This document shows, in pieces, positions 1 to 7,791 of a stretch of DNA of 64,000 nt (position 1 is its first letter; each line of letters starts with the position of its first letter). The stretch spans positions 64,001 through 128,000 of the IMG/VR virus record IMGVR_UViG_3300012007_000009; one strand, written 5' to 3'. The notes below the pieces were generated by a model that was not told the DNA's origin, searched no databases, and saw only the letters and a program-made list of their open reading frames with translations. The stretch comes from a virus. Its lineage: Duplodnaviria; Caudoviricetes. The position numbers and the translations under genes are program-made.

Positions 1-52
1 CCTAAAATCTACCTAAATTTACTAAGTTTTACCGAAATTTGCAAGTATTTCA

Positions 53-103
53 TTGCATTTTAGGTTGAAGCTCGGTATAAAATTTTGTATATTGTTATAA
101 ACT
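53..103 (+). promoter_or_regulatory. Stacked promoters upstream of tnpB
   Basis: TTGCAT(53-58)-17bp-TATAAA(76-81); TTGAAG(65-70)-17bp-TATATT(88-93); exact TATAAACT late motif at 96-103. Confidence 0.55.
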
Positions 104-107
104 TGAT

Positions 108-223
108 GTATAGAGGTTCAGTGAATTAGTGGCTTTCTTCATTGAACGACACTGAGAGACCATTTATGATGGCTCGTTTGATGCTGAAAGCCACAAAAAG
201 TATCGAACGAGCCATTTCTGTAT
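108..223 (+). ncRNA. Structured RNA with two hairpins and complementary loops (kissing loop)
   Basis: Stem 116-125/138-147 (10 bp), stem 169-185/199-215 (17 bp), loops GTGGCTTTC (129-137) and GAAAGCCAC (186-194) are exact reverse complements; weaker closing stem 108-115/216-223. All non-Watson-Crick pairs are G-U on the + strand. Confidence 0.7.
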
Positions 224-225
224 CT

Positions 226-1965
226 ATGAGCAAGCACTGTTGGGCATTGAAGGATAAGTACGAGTCGCAGTTCTCCGCTGCGTTCTATCCTATTCTATTG
301 TCCGACACCAAGCGAGCTGAAATCATTCATCGAGCAGAGGAAATCCGTTCCGTAAGAAATGACATATCGGAGATATTCTTCTCGGATATGCTCGGCTTTC
401 AGGACATGACAAAGTTTGAAGCGTTAAACTTCTTCAATCCTACATTCACGACCAGACTGTCCAGTCATTACTTGAAGAAGGCTATAGAGGATGTATGGAG
501 AGCCTATCAGCTCCGGTTCGATGCTATTCGCAAGAATATTGAGTTCGTCAAGGTTGAAAAACTCGTTCCATTGTTCTACAAGATAAATAGTCACGGACAT
601 AAGAAAGGTGACTTAAAATCTATAGAGTGCCATACCAAGAAGACTGAACTCACAAAGGTACTGACTTGGCTTGCACGATACGGAAAGGACGAAACTGTCT
701 ATTGGCTCGAATCCGTGATTCCTACCACACAGGAATCAAAGCAGAAGTTCTACCGCGCCATCTTGGAGAAGATTAGGAAGTTCGGCTTTGAACGCCTCAT
801 GAGATTGGCTCTATCTAGGAGAATCACTGTATTTGCCGAATACGAGACGCGTGGAAAGATTACATTTGAATCGCTTACCTTCAGTGGCCGTAGCCGTATC
901 AAGCGTCCTATCGTGGATGCTCGTAGGAACGAGACTGGTAAGTTCGATTACTTCATCGAGATTTCATGGGACTGGTATGACCAAGGTTATCATGGCGACA
1001 GCAAGAACACGCTGTGCATGCCGTTCAAGTATAATAGAAAGTATCACCGTTCTTTGAATAGGTACTGCAACGGAACAGACACTTCCTATACGATAGTAGT
1101 ACGAGGAAAGGACATCCATGTAGTTCTCGCGAGGGACGGTTACCGCTACAAGAATACCGATGAGATAACCGAAGATAATACCGTCGGTATAGATGTTAAT
1201 TCCAAGCACAACATGTTCGCCTTGAGCAGCGGAGAGTTCATACCTAACGACGATGCCTTGATTGCCGACCTAGAAACCGAGCTGCTCAAGATAGACCAGA
1301 AGCAGAAGAACTACAATGCCCGGTTTGCCAAGGACGAGGAACATGATGCATTCAAGATTTCCAAGAAGGACAAGGCTCGCGTCGAAGCGATAACCTTGAA
1401 ATTGAACGAGTCCAACAAAAGAACGATTGTACTGCTCTGCCAAGCCTTTGCTGCCAAGGGAATCAAGCACATCGCAATGGAGAACCTCGACGGTTTCAAA
1501 GGAAGCAAACTTCATTCCGAGGACAGTAAAGGATTTAATCTAGGTAGATTGCATCTGCGGACTGGACTTTCCTCCCTGAAGGATGAGTTCATCCATATTG
1601 CACCCAAGTACGGCTTGCTAGTATCGCTTGTGCAAGCCGAATACACATCGAAGATGTGTGGTCACTGCGGTTGTATTGATGACCGCAATAGGCAAACACA
1701 AGAAGAATTTTGCTGTGTGGAATGCAGTCATTCCGAGAATGCCGATATACACAGCTCGAAGAACATTAAATTTCGCCTTACCTCGACCGTGTTAAGAGAG
1801 AACCTGCTCGTAAGAGCGGGGGATAGCGAATACAGGTACTTCATTCCGAAGGGACTCCTTCCTAGGTGGAAGGTGAAGAAGTTCTTGGAAAAATGTCGTT
1901 GCGATGGCTTGTTCAAGCAAGCTATAGAAAATCAGCAATTATCTACCACTGATAGATTTTGTTAG
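226..1965 (+). CDS. tnpB: TnpB/Cas12f-like RNA-guided RuvC nuclease (about 580 aa)
   Basis: RuvC-I VGIDVN, RuvC-II IAMENL, YTSKMCGHCG...CVEC zinc finger, RuvC-III NADIHSSKNI. ORF track starts at TTG 142; ATG 226 preferred because earlier starts lie inside the RNA stems. Confidence 0.9.
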   Translation: MSKHCWALKDKYESQFSAAFYPILLSDTKRAEIIHRAEEIRSVRNDISEIFFSDMLGFQDMTKFEALNFFNPTFTTRLSSHYLKKAIEDVWRAYQLRFDAIRKNIEFVKVEKLVPLFYKINSHGHKKGDLKSIECHTKKTELTKVLTWLARYGKDETVYWLESVIPTTQESKQKFYRAILEKIRKFGFERLMRLALSRRITVFAEYETRGKITFESLTFSGRSRIKRPIVDARRNETGKFDYFIEISWDWYDQGYHGDSKNTLCMPFKYNRKYHRSLNRYCNGTDTSYTIVVRGKDIHVVLARDGYRYKNTDEITEDNTVGIDVNSKHNMFALSSGEFIPNDDALIADLETELLKIDQKQKNYNARFAKDEEHDAFKISKKDKARVEAITLKLNESNKRTIVLLCQAFAAKGIKHIAMENLDGFKGSKLHSEDSKGFNLGRLHLRTGLSSLKDEFIHIAPKYGLLVSLVQAEYTSKMCGHCGCIDDRNRQTQEEFCCVECSHSENADIHSSKNIKFRLTSTVLRENLLVRAGDSEYRYFIPKGLLPRWKVKKFLEKCRCDGLFKQAIENQQLSTTDRFC

Positions 1966-1979
1966 ATTTTTGCCAACGG

Positions 1980-2084
1980 TCAGTTAACGCGATGTCCGAC
2001 ATCGAACCTTCCGGGGATTCCGGGGAAACAGAAGAGCCCTCCTCGGATGAGGGCGGCTCGGACGACCTGAACCTCAATATCTAG
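1980..2084 (+). pseudogene. Orphaned 3' end of a phage gene interrupted by the TnpB element
   Basis: Open frame SVNAMSDIEPSGDSGETEEPSSDEGGSDDLNLNI-stop with phage-like codons; its TAG overlaps the convergent gene's stop in CTAG (2081-2084), as also seen at 51016-51019. Confidence 0.6.
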
Positions 2085-3214
2085 GCCTTCTCGCCGAAAT
2101 ACATGCACTTCCGGGCGAACTTCTTGTCCTGGAATGTAAGGAAAAGGCGGCCGTCGTCGGAATGCAGCATCTCAAGCACGGCGGAACCGGCATTCCTCAC
2201 CATCATGGTACTGACGTCCATCGGCAAGTCGATGGACTTTTTCGTATCCATCATCCTGACACCGGTCATGGTAATTGTTCCTGAATACCTGTCCTCGAAG
2301 CCGTACTTCATCTCGACGGTCTTCTCGTCCAGGGGAACCAGTTTCACCGGGGCAATCGGGTCCTTGTAGTTGAGGCCATACACCATGTCGATTGTCGCCA
2401 TCATGCCGATGGTGTCGAACTTCATGTACGGGGACATGCCTTCGCTGCTGCCTGTACGGAGCTTGCCTTCACCATAGGCGTAGTTGATTCCGTAAAGTTT
2501 CCCTTGTGTACGAATGCGCTTCCTCGACCAGTCGAGGTCGAACGAGCACAGGGGGTCCGTGCTGACTGTAGGCATAATCTTGAACACGTTCACCGGGACG
2601 GATATCGCGAAGTCCGGTACGTCCTTCATCGATTCCACACCTAATACCTTGATAGTAAACGGGAGGGTCGCGATGCTGACCCGGTCGTTCCCGGTCCTGA
2701 ACGACAGAGTCCCCTCGTTGCACGCAAACTCGACTGTATCGAACTCGTAGCAAGTGTCGATGATTGAAGCCATCACCATTTGTTCGACCTGAATGGTGAG
2801 GTCAGGGGAAAATCCCTCATCCATTTCGAACGGTTCCAACAAAGGAAGGCTGGCTTCGGATTCAAAGCATTCCAGGCCCTCGTTGTAGGAGGAACCGATG
2901 TACAGCCTGCCGTCAGCAACCCACAGGGCAACCAGGCCGTCCTTCACTCCCTTGTCGCAGGTGACGAAGAAGTCACTCAGTCTCACATACGCATCGCTGT
3001 CCAGGCATTCCGATTTCAGTGTAGTGTCGACCAGTGCAGTAACTCCCTTGTCGGTAGTGAGCTTCATGTAAACAAGGTCGTCCTCGTCGTGATTGACAAA
3101 CGTCTCGATGTGAACCTTGCTCTCGTCGGACTCACACGAGAATCCGATAAATGAAATTGCTTCACGGAAACCAGTCACCGTGTTGAACATAGTAAGCTTT
3201 GGCGTATTTGGCAT
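2081..3214 (-). CDS. Hypothetical protein, possibly a divergent DnaN (beta clamp)-like fold
   Basis: 377 aa, GAGG RBS. Size and segments FREAISFIGFSCESDESK and FAISVPVNVFKIM loosely recall beta-clamp repeats; function call is weak. Confidence 0.6.
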   Translation of the reverse strand: MPNTPKLTMFNTVTGFREAISFIGFSCESDESKVHIETFVNHDEDDLVYMKLTTDKGVTALVDTTLKSECLDSDAYVRLSDFFVTCDKGVKDGLVALWVADGRLYIGSSYNEGLECFESEASLPLLEPFEMDEGFSPDLTIQVEQMVMASIIDTCYEFDTVEFACNEGTLSFRTGNDRVSIATLPFTIKVLGVESMKDVPDFAISVPVNVFKIMPTVSTDPLCSFDLDWSRKRIRTQGKLYGINYAYGEGKLRTGSSEGMSPYMKFDTIGMMATIDMVYGLNYKDPIAPVKLVPLDEKTVEMKYGFEDRYSGTITMTGVRMMDTKKSIDLPMDVSTMMVRNAGSAVLEMLHSDDGRLFLTFQDKKFARKCMYFGEKA

Positions 3215-3245
3215 AGATACCTCTTTTCATGACGAAAACTACATC

Positions 3246-3274
3246 AAAAAGGGGCGCCCGTTGCCGGACGCCCC
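3246..3274 (-). terminator. Intrinsic terminator
   Basis: Minus strand GGGGCGTCCG-GCAA-CGGGCGCCCC-TTTTT after the 3295..4815 gene. Confidence 0.8.
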
Positions 3275-3294
3275 CAATGGCATGCAGGAATTCG

Positions 3295-4815
3295 TTAGAA
3301 GATGTTGTCGAGCGAAGCCACCGCCAGGTCCGTCTTGTCCTGTCCGGACTCTTCCGAGTTGCTCCCGTCCTCCGACATGTCGATTCCGGCATCGGTATTC
3401 CCGTTGCCGAACATGTCGTTCGCTGTATCCATCATGTCGCCCATTTCGCCACCGTTGCCGAAACTGTTCAGGTCGACGGTAGAATCGGGGGACATGCCGC
3501 CACCCATTCCGAAGTCGTCCTGCGGGAACGTCATCGCGGCGGTTTCCTTGGCCACGTCGTGCATGGCAGTACCGTCAGTGTTGTAGACTTCCGGGAACCA
3601 CTTGCCGAGGTCGGTCTTGAACTTGGTTACATCCACCTTTCCACCCTCGAGAGCCTTGGCGAACTGCTTCAGTCCTTCCTTAGGGAGGGCAGTATCCAGG
3701 GCCTTGTAGTCATCGAATGAAAGGAATTGTTCCAGAATCTCGTCGGCAGTCATGTTCTTGACTCCCGGGAAGCCCTCGTACCACTCGCTGGCTGAAGGCT
3801 TGACACCGCCGGACTGCTTGTCGCTCACATAATTGACTGCATCAGCCACTATTTGCGCCATGTTGTCCCAGGCTGCCTGGGAAAGGCCGGAACCAATTTC
3901 AGGGTCCCCGTTGAGCACGAACTCCCTGAATTCAATCTTGTCTGCACCGTCTCCATTGCCGTCGGTCACACCATTGACTTCACCGGCTGACTGGGGAGCT
4001 TCGGTACCGTCGCCGAATCCGCCACCCATGTCGCCACCGGCATCACCGCCTGCAGGGGCGGCAAAGTCATCGGCGCCGAAATCGCCACCGGCATCACCGC
4101 CTGCAGCATCCATGTCCTCATCTGCTTCGAACATGGCCACCGTGTCGTTACATACGTCGAGGAGCTTCTGCAGCTTCCAGTCGACAGACTCGTATGCAGT
4201 GATGTTGTTGGTGTCGGAATTCGCGAGCGCGAGGGAATCGTTGAAGTTGTCCTGCGGGGTATTGACCGCGCCTACGCCGTAGAGCATGTCGTCCAGCGGG
4301 GGCTGCGTTTCCTGGAGAATGAGGTTCCTGGCGCTCTCGCGGATTGACTGGGCGAAGTTACCCTTGAACTGGTCGGAATCGAGCGGGACCTCGTACAGCA
4401 TGGACCTGCCGGTGTCGAGGGAAAGCTCTACGCTAATCTTGCCATGGGTGTTCGGGAACTTCAAGTTGAGGGTGACCGGGGTGCCGTCGCACCTGAACGA
4501 GCCGTTCATGGAAGTCTGGTCCATGTCCATCCCGGAAAGATTCAGCCTCATGGGGGAATAGGACGTGGTGGATGTGGCCTCGGTCATCAGCTTTACGCCG
4601 ATATCCTTCAGGGACAGGTAGTTCTTGTCCATCAGGAGGCTGCCGTTCTCGTAAGTGCGATGGTCGAACTTCTCCTTGGTCTGGTCGCCGACCGGGCCGA
4701 GGGTACCCTTCATCATCTTGACGGTTGTCGTGCGGGCCGGCACGACCGGGCCGCTCTGGGTCTTCGTATATTCGAAGGCCTTGCTAAAATCTTTCAAAGA
4801 AACGCCTTTGCTCAC
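3295..4815 (-). CDS. Acidic, probably virion/prohead-core-type protein
   Basis: 506 aa, GTG start with GAGG RBS, TATAAACT 33 nt upstream, D/E/G-rich linkers, several hydrophobic-x-E motifs (LMTEA, AYES, MFEA). Confidence 0.7.
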   Translation of the reverse strand: MSKGVSLKDFSKAFEYTKTQSGPVVPARTTTVKMMKGTLGPVGDQTKEKFDHRTYENGSLLMDKNYLSLKDIGVKLMTEATSTTSYSPMRLNLSGMDMDQTSMNGSFRCDGTPVTLNLKFPNTHGKISVELSLDTGRSMLYEVPLDSDQFKGNFAQSIRESARNLILQETQPPLDDMLYGVGAVNTPQDNFNDSLALANSDTNNITAYESVDWKLQKLLDVCNDTVAMFEADEDMDAAGGDAGGDFGADDFAAPAGGDAGGDMGGGFGDGTEAPQSAGEVNGVTDGNGDGADKIEFREFVLNGDPEIGSGLSQAAWDNMAQIVADAVNYVSDKQSGGVKPSASEWYEGFPGVKNMTADEILEQFLSFDDYKALDTALPKEGLKQFAKALEGGKVDVTKFKTDLGKWFPEVYNTDGTAMHDVAKETAAMTFPQDDFGMGGGMSPDSTVDLNSFGNGGEMGDMMDTANDMFGNGNTDAGIDMSEDGSNSEESGQDKTDLAVASLDNIF

Positions 4816-4847
4816 GGGAACCTCGCAGTTTTCGCGAATTTCCCGTA

Positions 4848-4855
4848 AGTTTATA
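4848..4855 (-). promoter_or_regulatory. Putative late promoter TATAAACT
   Basis: Exact motif oriented toward gene start 4815. Confidence 0.7.
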
Positions 4856-4869
4856 TAATGGCGACTACT

Positions 4870-5757
4870 CTATTCGACCAAGCTTTCGTGGTTAATCTCG
4901 CCACCGTCGCTTTCCATGCCGGCGACATACAGATTAATCGGGTCGTTCGGGTCAGCCCCGGGAATGGCGGAAAACGCCTTCAGGGTTATCTTGTCCCTCT
5001 TCTCTGACTTGAAATGGCGGACCTCGACCTCGTAGTCGGTATCGATTCCCTTCAGGATATTGAAATACAGTGCAGGAATCTTGCGGAACTTGTCGTGGGA
5101 ACTGGCATATGCCGCGTCAATCTGCGCTGCGGCCCCCATGCGGGTGCAGTTCCTGGGAATGACGTTGGTAATCTGCTGCCCGGTACGGCCCTTCATGTAG
5201 ATGCTCACCTTGCTATGGGTAAGGACCACGGAAACGAACTGGCAACCGGGAACCATCTTGAGCTCGTCGCACATCGTCTTCAGCTCGGCCTTGTCCAGCA
5301 CTATAGTGGACAGGCAGTTCATCGGGTCCTTGTCCCTCTCGCACGGGACGTGCCTGGATTTCTGGTCGAACCGGGTGGGGTCGGCGCATATGGCACGACC
5401 TACCTTGGTCGCAGTATCGGGAGTTCCGTTCATGAACCTGACCATAGGGTATACGTGTCCGTTCGTCAGGGTCTCGTCGAGGACGCTCACGTTGGACGCC
5501 GGATTCCCGGGAAACCCGACCAGCTCGCAGAACCGGATGAACTCCATCAGCGAGGCGACGCATACCTCGTTCCCCTCGAAGTTGAGGTCGTGCGGCCCGG
5601 CCGATATATGGAGGAATGTCGCCGTGGTAGGTACCGTAATCCTGCACCTCCCGTTACCCTTGAACATCACCGTAGCCTTCGACTTGCTCACCATCGTGAG
5701 CTTCTTCAGCAACACGAAGAACTGCGGACTCATTGTAATCACTTGCGGATTTTCCAT
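4870..5757 (-). CDS. T4 gp45-like sliding clamp
   Basis: MSPQFFVLLKKLTMVS, VCVASLMEFI and ADPTRF match the pattern of gp45 (LSKDTIAILKNF, IYDLNGFL, ADPSTV-type segments); sits in the replication cluster. Confidence 0.65.
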   Translation of the reverse strand: MENPQVITMSPQFFVLLKKLTMVSKSKATVMFKGNGRCRITVPTTATFLHISAGPHDLNFEGNEVCVASLMEFIRFCELVGFPGNPASNVSVLDETLTNGHVYPMVRFMNGTPDTATKVGRAICADPTRFDQKSRHVPCERDKDPMNCLSTIVLDKAELKTMCDELKMVPGCQFVSVVLTHSKVSIYMKGRTGQQITNVIPRNCTRMGAAAQIDAAYASSHDKFRKIPALYFNILKGIDTDYEVEVRHFKSEKRDKITLKAFSAIPGADPNDPINLYVAGMESDGGEINHESLVE

Positions 5758-5760
5758 ACT

Positions 5761-7791
5761 CTAGCCTTGCCTGATTTTATCCAGGCTCCTCTCCATAAAT
5801 GTAGCAATTCTGTCAATGCCCAGGTTCATCTCGGGTGTCTTGGGACGCACCATGTACTCCATTGCTCCCCAGCATTCCACGGGAATCTGCATCATCGGTA
5901 TGGCGAACTTCCTGCATATCGCCGACATTACCGGCCCAAGAAGCCCCCTCTGGTCGCCGAGCTGCTGGAAGAAGTCGATGTACTCCAGCTCGTTCAGGTA
6001 GATTCCCCGTATTGCGACGAATGGACCGTCCATCACTTCGACCGGGTGGAACCCGGTTGACGCGGTAATCCCGGTAACGCGGAGCTGCTGCTCCCGGGAA
6101 ACCCCGCCGTACCACCCGTATGCCCCGTAGGATACCGGACACTTGTCCCATGAGCCGTCCGGGAGTATATGCCCGTACCCGAACGGGGCGACGGCGCCCA
6201 CGTTGAACGGCACCGAACCCAGGGTATTGTGGAACATGGGGTCGGTAATCATGGTGGTGGCCGGGGCGATGACTATCCAGGAAGGCTTTGTCCGTACGTC
6301 CGCCGTCCGCAGCATGCCCAGGGCGTTCTTTATGGCGCGGGCGAATGAAGGCGGTATCACCCTGCGTCCGAGCTTCTTCCCGCATGACACGCGGAACAGG
6401 CACTCGTCCTTGGCGTTGGGGTACGACTCGTATATGCCGGGAGTTCCCCGGGACGAGTGAATCACGAAAGTCACAATCTGGGGTTCCTCGGAGAACCTGA
6501 GTATGTCGTTCCGGTTCGGCCTGGTCTTCCGTACGGGAGACCCTGTCGTGAGTATATTGCGTATCGCGTCCAGCCTGGCCGACTCCTCCATGCGCTTGCG
6601 CATAATCTCCAGGTGCTTCTGCTTGCGCTCTTCCTTGCCCTGCTGGAAAGACGCGGCGATTGCGGCCTCCATCTGCTCGACCGGGTTCGCGAACTGCACC
6701 GGGGACATGGCCAGCTGGTATGTGCTGTTTGCCTTGCGCTTCCTCCTGGCCATGGACTGTTTCTTGCGGACCCTCACCTCGACTCCGGACGCGACCACCT
6801 TCTCGACATCCTCCTTGAGCCAGCCCCTGGGGGCATTCTTCGTATATCCTTTCGCGGGCACGACCACGTCGCCATGCAGCACCCTGCGGCATCTCCCGAC
6901 TATGAACTCGTCAATCCACCGTTCACTCTTCAGGAACTTGTACCGTATCGCGCGCCGGTTGTAGTACGGGAGTCCCTCGCAGTAGTATTTCCGTAGCTCC
7001 CGGAACTCAATCAGCTTTTCCAGGTCCTCCCTCCGGTAGCACCACTTGGATGCCCCGGTACCTACCGGGTTTTCCGCGTATTTCAGCATGCCCATCTGCT
7101 TCAGGTTGTCGAAGCATGCGTCGGTGACACCCATGTATACCCTTGCCAGTTTCGGGGGAAGGAAGTCCGGGAGCGGCGTTTTCCTGAACCTGTGGGATTC
7201 CCCCCTCTCGTGCAGGTACCTGAGAATCTCCGCCTTGCTGTACTTGAACGGGCATCTGGGCTTGTGCGGTTCTATCCGTATCTTCTCTTTCCTCGTCAGC
7301 CTCTTCAGCGTGATTACCTTGATGCCGATTAGCATCGCTGCGAAAGAACGCTTCAGCGGATTCACTATGAACGAACACAGGTATTCCGGGTCATACTCCC
7401 GCCTGAACCGTTCCAGGTCCTTCCTGTACAGGACGCGGTAGCCTGTGCGCGACGACACGCTCAGCCTTATGTATCCGAGCTTTACGTATTTCTGCCATGT
7501 CTTGGGCGTCATCCCGAGTTCTAGCATGGCCTCCGCCTGGGAAAACTCGTGCAACGGGTGCAGGTCGTCCGGGGGATATACCCGGTACTTGGATATCGCG
7601 TCCATCACCTCGGCATGCCGGTACTCCTTGGTGTTTCCCGGCGTGTACCTGTACGGAATCTCATCCAGGATTCCGGTGTGCTTCAGCCTCTCGACCGGCA
7701 TGTTGAGGTACTTGGCTACCCATGAGGCGGTAACGAACTCCGGCGGACCGTTCTTCCTGTTCCTGTATGCGACCCTCAGTATATTCGGCAT
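5761..7791 (-). CDS. Multi-HTH (MerR/Xis-like repeats) protein fused to a degenerate GT-A-like domain
   Basis: About five repeats such as SQAEAMLELGMTPKTWQKYVKLGYI and KRSFAAMLIGIKVITLKRL; C-terminal VGAVAPFG and VEVMDGPFVAIRG are GT2-like. Start overlaps primase stop. Confidence 0.6.
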   Translation of the reverse strand: MPNILRVAYRNRKNGPPEFVTASWVAKYLNMPVERLKHTGILDEIPYRYTPGNTKEYRHAEVMDAISKYRVYPPDDLHPLHEFSQAEAMLELGMTPKTWQKYVKLGYIRLSVSSRTGYRVLYRKDLERFRREYDPEYLCSFIVNPLKRSFAAMLIGIKVITLKRLTRKEKIRIEPHKPRCPFKYSKAEILRYLHERGESHRFRKTPLPDFLPPKLARVYMGVTDACFDNLKQMGMLKYAENPVGTGASKWCYRREDLEKLIEFRELRKYYCEGLPYYNRRAIRYKFLKSERWIDEFIVGRCRRVLHGDVVVPAKGYTKNAPRGWLKEDVEKVVASGVEVRVRKKQSMARRKRKANSTYQLAMSPVQFANPVEQMEAAIAASFQQGKEERKQKHLEIMRKRMEESARLDAIRNILTTGSPVRKTRPNRNDILRFSEEPQIVTFVIHSSRGTPGIYESYPNAKDECLFRVSCGKKLGRRVIPPSFARAIKNALGMLRTADVRTKPSWIVIAPATTMITDPMFHNTLGSVPFNVGAVAPFGYGHILPDGSWDKCPVSYGAYGWYGGVSREQQLRVTGITASTGFHPVEVMDGPFVAIRGIYLNELEYIDFFQQLGDQRGLLGPVMSAICRKFAIPMMQIPVECWGAMEYMVRPKTPEMNLGIDRIATFMERSLDKIRQG

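Larger units (their letters stand above)
1..1979 (+). mobile_element. Non-autonomous TnpB-only element with IS607-like ends (left tip probably just before the window start)
   Basis: 10-bp-period repeats at left (AAAATCTACC 4-13, TAAATTTACT, AAGTTTTACC, GAAATTTGCA) are mirrored in inverted orientation at right (GATAGATTTT GTTAGATTTT 1951-1970), ending in GG at 1978-1979. GC content rises right after. No transposase ORF inside. Confidence 0.65.

Noticed and set aside
151-160. Hammerhead ribozyme core in the linker (CTGAGAG)
   Set aside because: Does not match CUGANGA and the stem layout does not fit.
1-225. CRISPR array or group I intron (IStron) next to TnpB
   Set aside because: No repeat-spacer units; no room or motifs for a group I intron core. 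Sequence upstream of base 1 is not visible.
4031-4106. 25-bp direct repeat TCGCCACCGGCATCACCGCCTGCAG x2
   Set aside because: In-frame duplication encoding AGGDAGGD in a low-complexity linker.
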